From the sequence record OR515477.1: DNA of 64,000 nt. One strand, 5' to 3'. The DNA comes from Escherichia phage Es2. The notes below the pieces were generated by a model. That model was not told the origin of the DNA, did not search any database, and worked only from the letters and a program-made list of their open reading frames with translations. Positions 62,017-64,000 of this stretch are shown piece after piece; positions within the stretch are counted from its first letter, which is position 1, and each line of letters starts with the position of its first letter. The position numbers and the translations under genes were made by a program.

Positions 62017-63681
62017 ATGATTATTTCCGCAGAAAAACAAACCGTTATCCTGAAAATGGCCGCTGACTTTAATTTCTATGGTAAACGTCTGCGCGCCACT
62101 AAACTGGAGGTCTGCGACGATATATCAAAAGCGGTCTACGATACAACAAAACACTCGACCGCCATTTGTGATTGGCTGGAAGCAAATAAACCAGTTAAAC
62201 CAAAAGCTGCAAAAGTAGCAAAAGCTATTAAAAACGATGAGCGCCCCGAAGCGGCTGGGATCGTTTCTAGCACGGTTGAACAGTGGGAAGTAAAACAAGG
62301 CAAACGCTTTATTATTACGTCGATTCAGAATAATACTTTCCCGCATAAAAACTTTTTGGCCTCGCTTGAACAGTATGCTAAATACATCGGCGCTGATTTG
62401 CTTGTTTCTAAGTATATTTATAATAAAAACGGCTTCCAAAATGGTGAAGGTGCGGATGGAATCAAATATGATTCCGCGTTCGATAAGTATATTTGCAGCA
62501 AAAACGTGTTTTTAAACAACCGCCGTTTTGCTTTCATGGCTGAAATTAACGTTTTGCCTACCGCAGATTATCCGCTTTCTGGATTCGCTGAAACTGCAAC
62601 GGCGCTTAATCTTGAAGGTCTGGCAATTGGTCACGCTAAAATCACCGCCGAAAGCGTGCCAGCTTTAAAAGGTGAAGTAGTACGCCGCATGTACTCAACC
62701 GGAACGGCAACGCTAAAAAACTACATTCAGCAGAAAGCAGGGCAAAAAGCGGAAGCGCTGCATAACTTCGGTGCGCTGATTGTTGAGTTCGACGAAGACG
62801 GTGAGTTTTTTGTACGCCAGCTTGAAACAATGGACGAAAGCGGGGTGTTTTATGATCTGAATGTTTGCGCTACTCCCGCAGGATGCTATGAAACATCGGG
62901 GCATGTTTTAGGTTTACAATATGGCGACATCCACGCAGAAAAATTAGATGATGATTGTGCCGTTGCGTCATGGGCTGGCGAAAATAGCTTGCTTGATATT
63001 CTTAAACCAAAATATCAGTTTATCCATGACGTTCACGATTTTACATCTCGCAATCATCATAATCGTGCGTCCGGTGTATTCCTAGCGAAACAGTACGCCG
63101 CCGGACGTGATAAAGTTCTGGATGATCTTATCGATACGGGGCGCGTGCTGGAATCAATGGAACGTGATTTTAGTCAAACGATCATTGTTGAATCGAATCA
63201 CGATTTGGCGCTATCCCGTTGGCTGGATGATCGTAATGCTAACATTAAAGACGATCCAGCAAACGCCGAACTATATCACCGCCTGAATGCTGCAATTTAC
63301 GCGGCAATCGGTGAACACGACGAAACGTTTAACGTGTTAGATTATGCGCTGCGCAAGGTTGCAGGTTGCGAGTTTAACGCCATTTTCCTAACAACTGACC
63401 AATCATTTAAAATTGCAGGCATCGAGTGTGGCGTACACGGTCACAACGGCATTAACGGAAGCCGTGGCAATCCTAAACAGTTTAAGAAATTGGGCAAACT
63501 GAACACGGGGCATACGCATACGGCAAGCATTTACGGCGGGGTATACACCGCTGGCGTGGCTGGTAGTCTGGACATGGGTTACAACGTTGGCGCGTCAAGC
63601 TGGACGCAAACGCATTTAATTACCTATGCAAACGGTCAGCGCACTTTGATTGACTTTAAAAACGGTAAATTCTTTGCGTAA
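62017..63681 (+). CDS. A1: A1-like pre-early protein with calcineurin-like phosphoesterase motifs
   Basis: GDIHAE, ESNHD, GHNG and GHTHT metallophosphoesterase motifs; size ~554 aa; gene symbol assigned by analogy to T5 A1 from memory. Confidence 0.5.
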   Translation: MIISAEKQTVILKMAADFNFYGKRLRATKLEVCDDISKAVYDTTKHSTAICDWLEANKPVKPKAAKVAKAIKNDERPEAAGIVSSTVEQWEVKQGKRFIITSIQNNTFPHKNFLASLEQYAKYIGADLLVSKYIYNKNGFQNGEGADGIKYDSAFDKYICSKNVFLNNRRFAFMAEINVLPTADYPLSGFAETATALNLEGLAIGHAKITAESVPALKGEVVRRMYSTGTATLKNYIQQKAGQKAEALHNFGALIVEFDEDGEFFVRQLETMDESGVFYDLNVCATPAGCYETSGHVLGLQYGDIHAEKLDDDCAVASWAGENSLLDILKPKYQFIHDVHDFTSRNHHNRASGVFLAKQYAAGRDKVLDDLIDTGRVLESMERDFSQTIIVESNHDLALSRWLDDRNANIKDDPANAELYHRLNAAIYAAIGEHDETFNVLDYALRKVAGCEFNAIFLTTDQSFKIAGIECGVHGHNGINGSRGNPKQFKKLGKLNTGHTHTASIYGGVYTAGVAGSLDMGYNVGASSWTQTHLITYANGQRTLIDFKNGKFFA

Positions 63682-63735
63682 TTAAATTATTACCCTAGCG
63701 GCTTGAAATACAGCCGCTATTATAGGAGTCAAAAA

Positions 63736-63993
63736 ATGAAAGTTACATTACCCAAAACATTAGACGAAAAAGCGTTTATTTCCCCCGATGAAATGGAATC
63801 CGATAAAGTTTACAGCTTCGGGCCTATCCTAGCCGCCAAAACTAATACTGATGGAATTATTACAGTCGATTATCGTGATAATGATATTGTTCCCTTTGAC
63901 GATGATGACGCTTTTTACGAGTGGTTAAGCGATAATAATTTACCCGTAAGTGGTGAATTAACGCCGTATCAGATGCAAATCATTATCAAATAA
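63736..63993 (+). CDS. hypothetical acidic protein
   Basis: Start MKVTLPKT with AGGAG RBS; 85 aa. Confidence 0.45.
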   Translation: MKVTLPKTLDEKAFISPDEMESDKVYSFGPILAAKTNTDGIITVDYRDNDIVPFDDDDAFYEWLSDNNLPVSGELTPYQMQIIIK

Positions 63994-64000
63994 TTTAAAT

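Overview
The window reads as the early/pre-early region of a T5-like (Tequintavirus-type) lytic phage, given in reverse orientation relative to the usual T5 map; this is judged from gene content and promoter architecture only, no database search was possible. Left to right: a minus-strand block (split NAD-dependent DNA ligase, SF2-like helicase, Sir2/HAD/paralog operon, anaerobic RNR NrdD); a divergent promoter region at 13.66-14.0 kb; a plus-strand nucleotide-metabolism block (PhoH, NrdA, HNH endonuclease, NrdB, DHFR, ThyA, RNase H); a ~11 kb tRNA cluster (27 tRNA candidates, several long tRNA-like elements, small ORFs, an SPFH protein, a GrcA-like protein); lysis and accessory genes (spanin-like pair, dNMP kinase, ClpP-like protease, holin, endolysin, thioredoxin-like protein, two metallophosphoesterases); a 1.7 kb repeat-dense non-coding region (54.5-56.3 kb); a 3.1 kb GC-richer gene block bounded by ~130 bp inverted repeats carrying DnaA-box-like 9-mers; then HNH endonuclease and an A1-like phosphoesterase gene. 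More than 25 copies of one strong sigma70-type early promoter family (TTGCTT, 17 bp, TATAAT, then a conserved ATAAATTGAT-like box) punctuate the window. No single feature can be proven undescribed from sequence alone. The most promising candidates are the Sir2-HAD-paralog operon, the inverted-repeat-bounded island, the long tRNA-like elements and the NrdD plus GrcA-like pairing. CDS coordinates follow the supplied ORF track, with starts refined where an ATG/GTG plus Shine-Dalgarno sequence was visible; tRNA ends are hand-folded and may be off by 1-2 nt.
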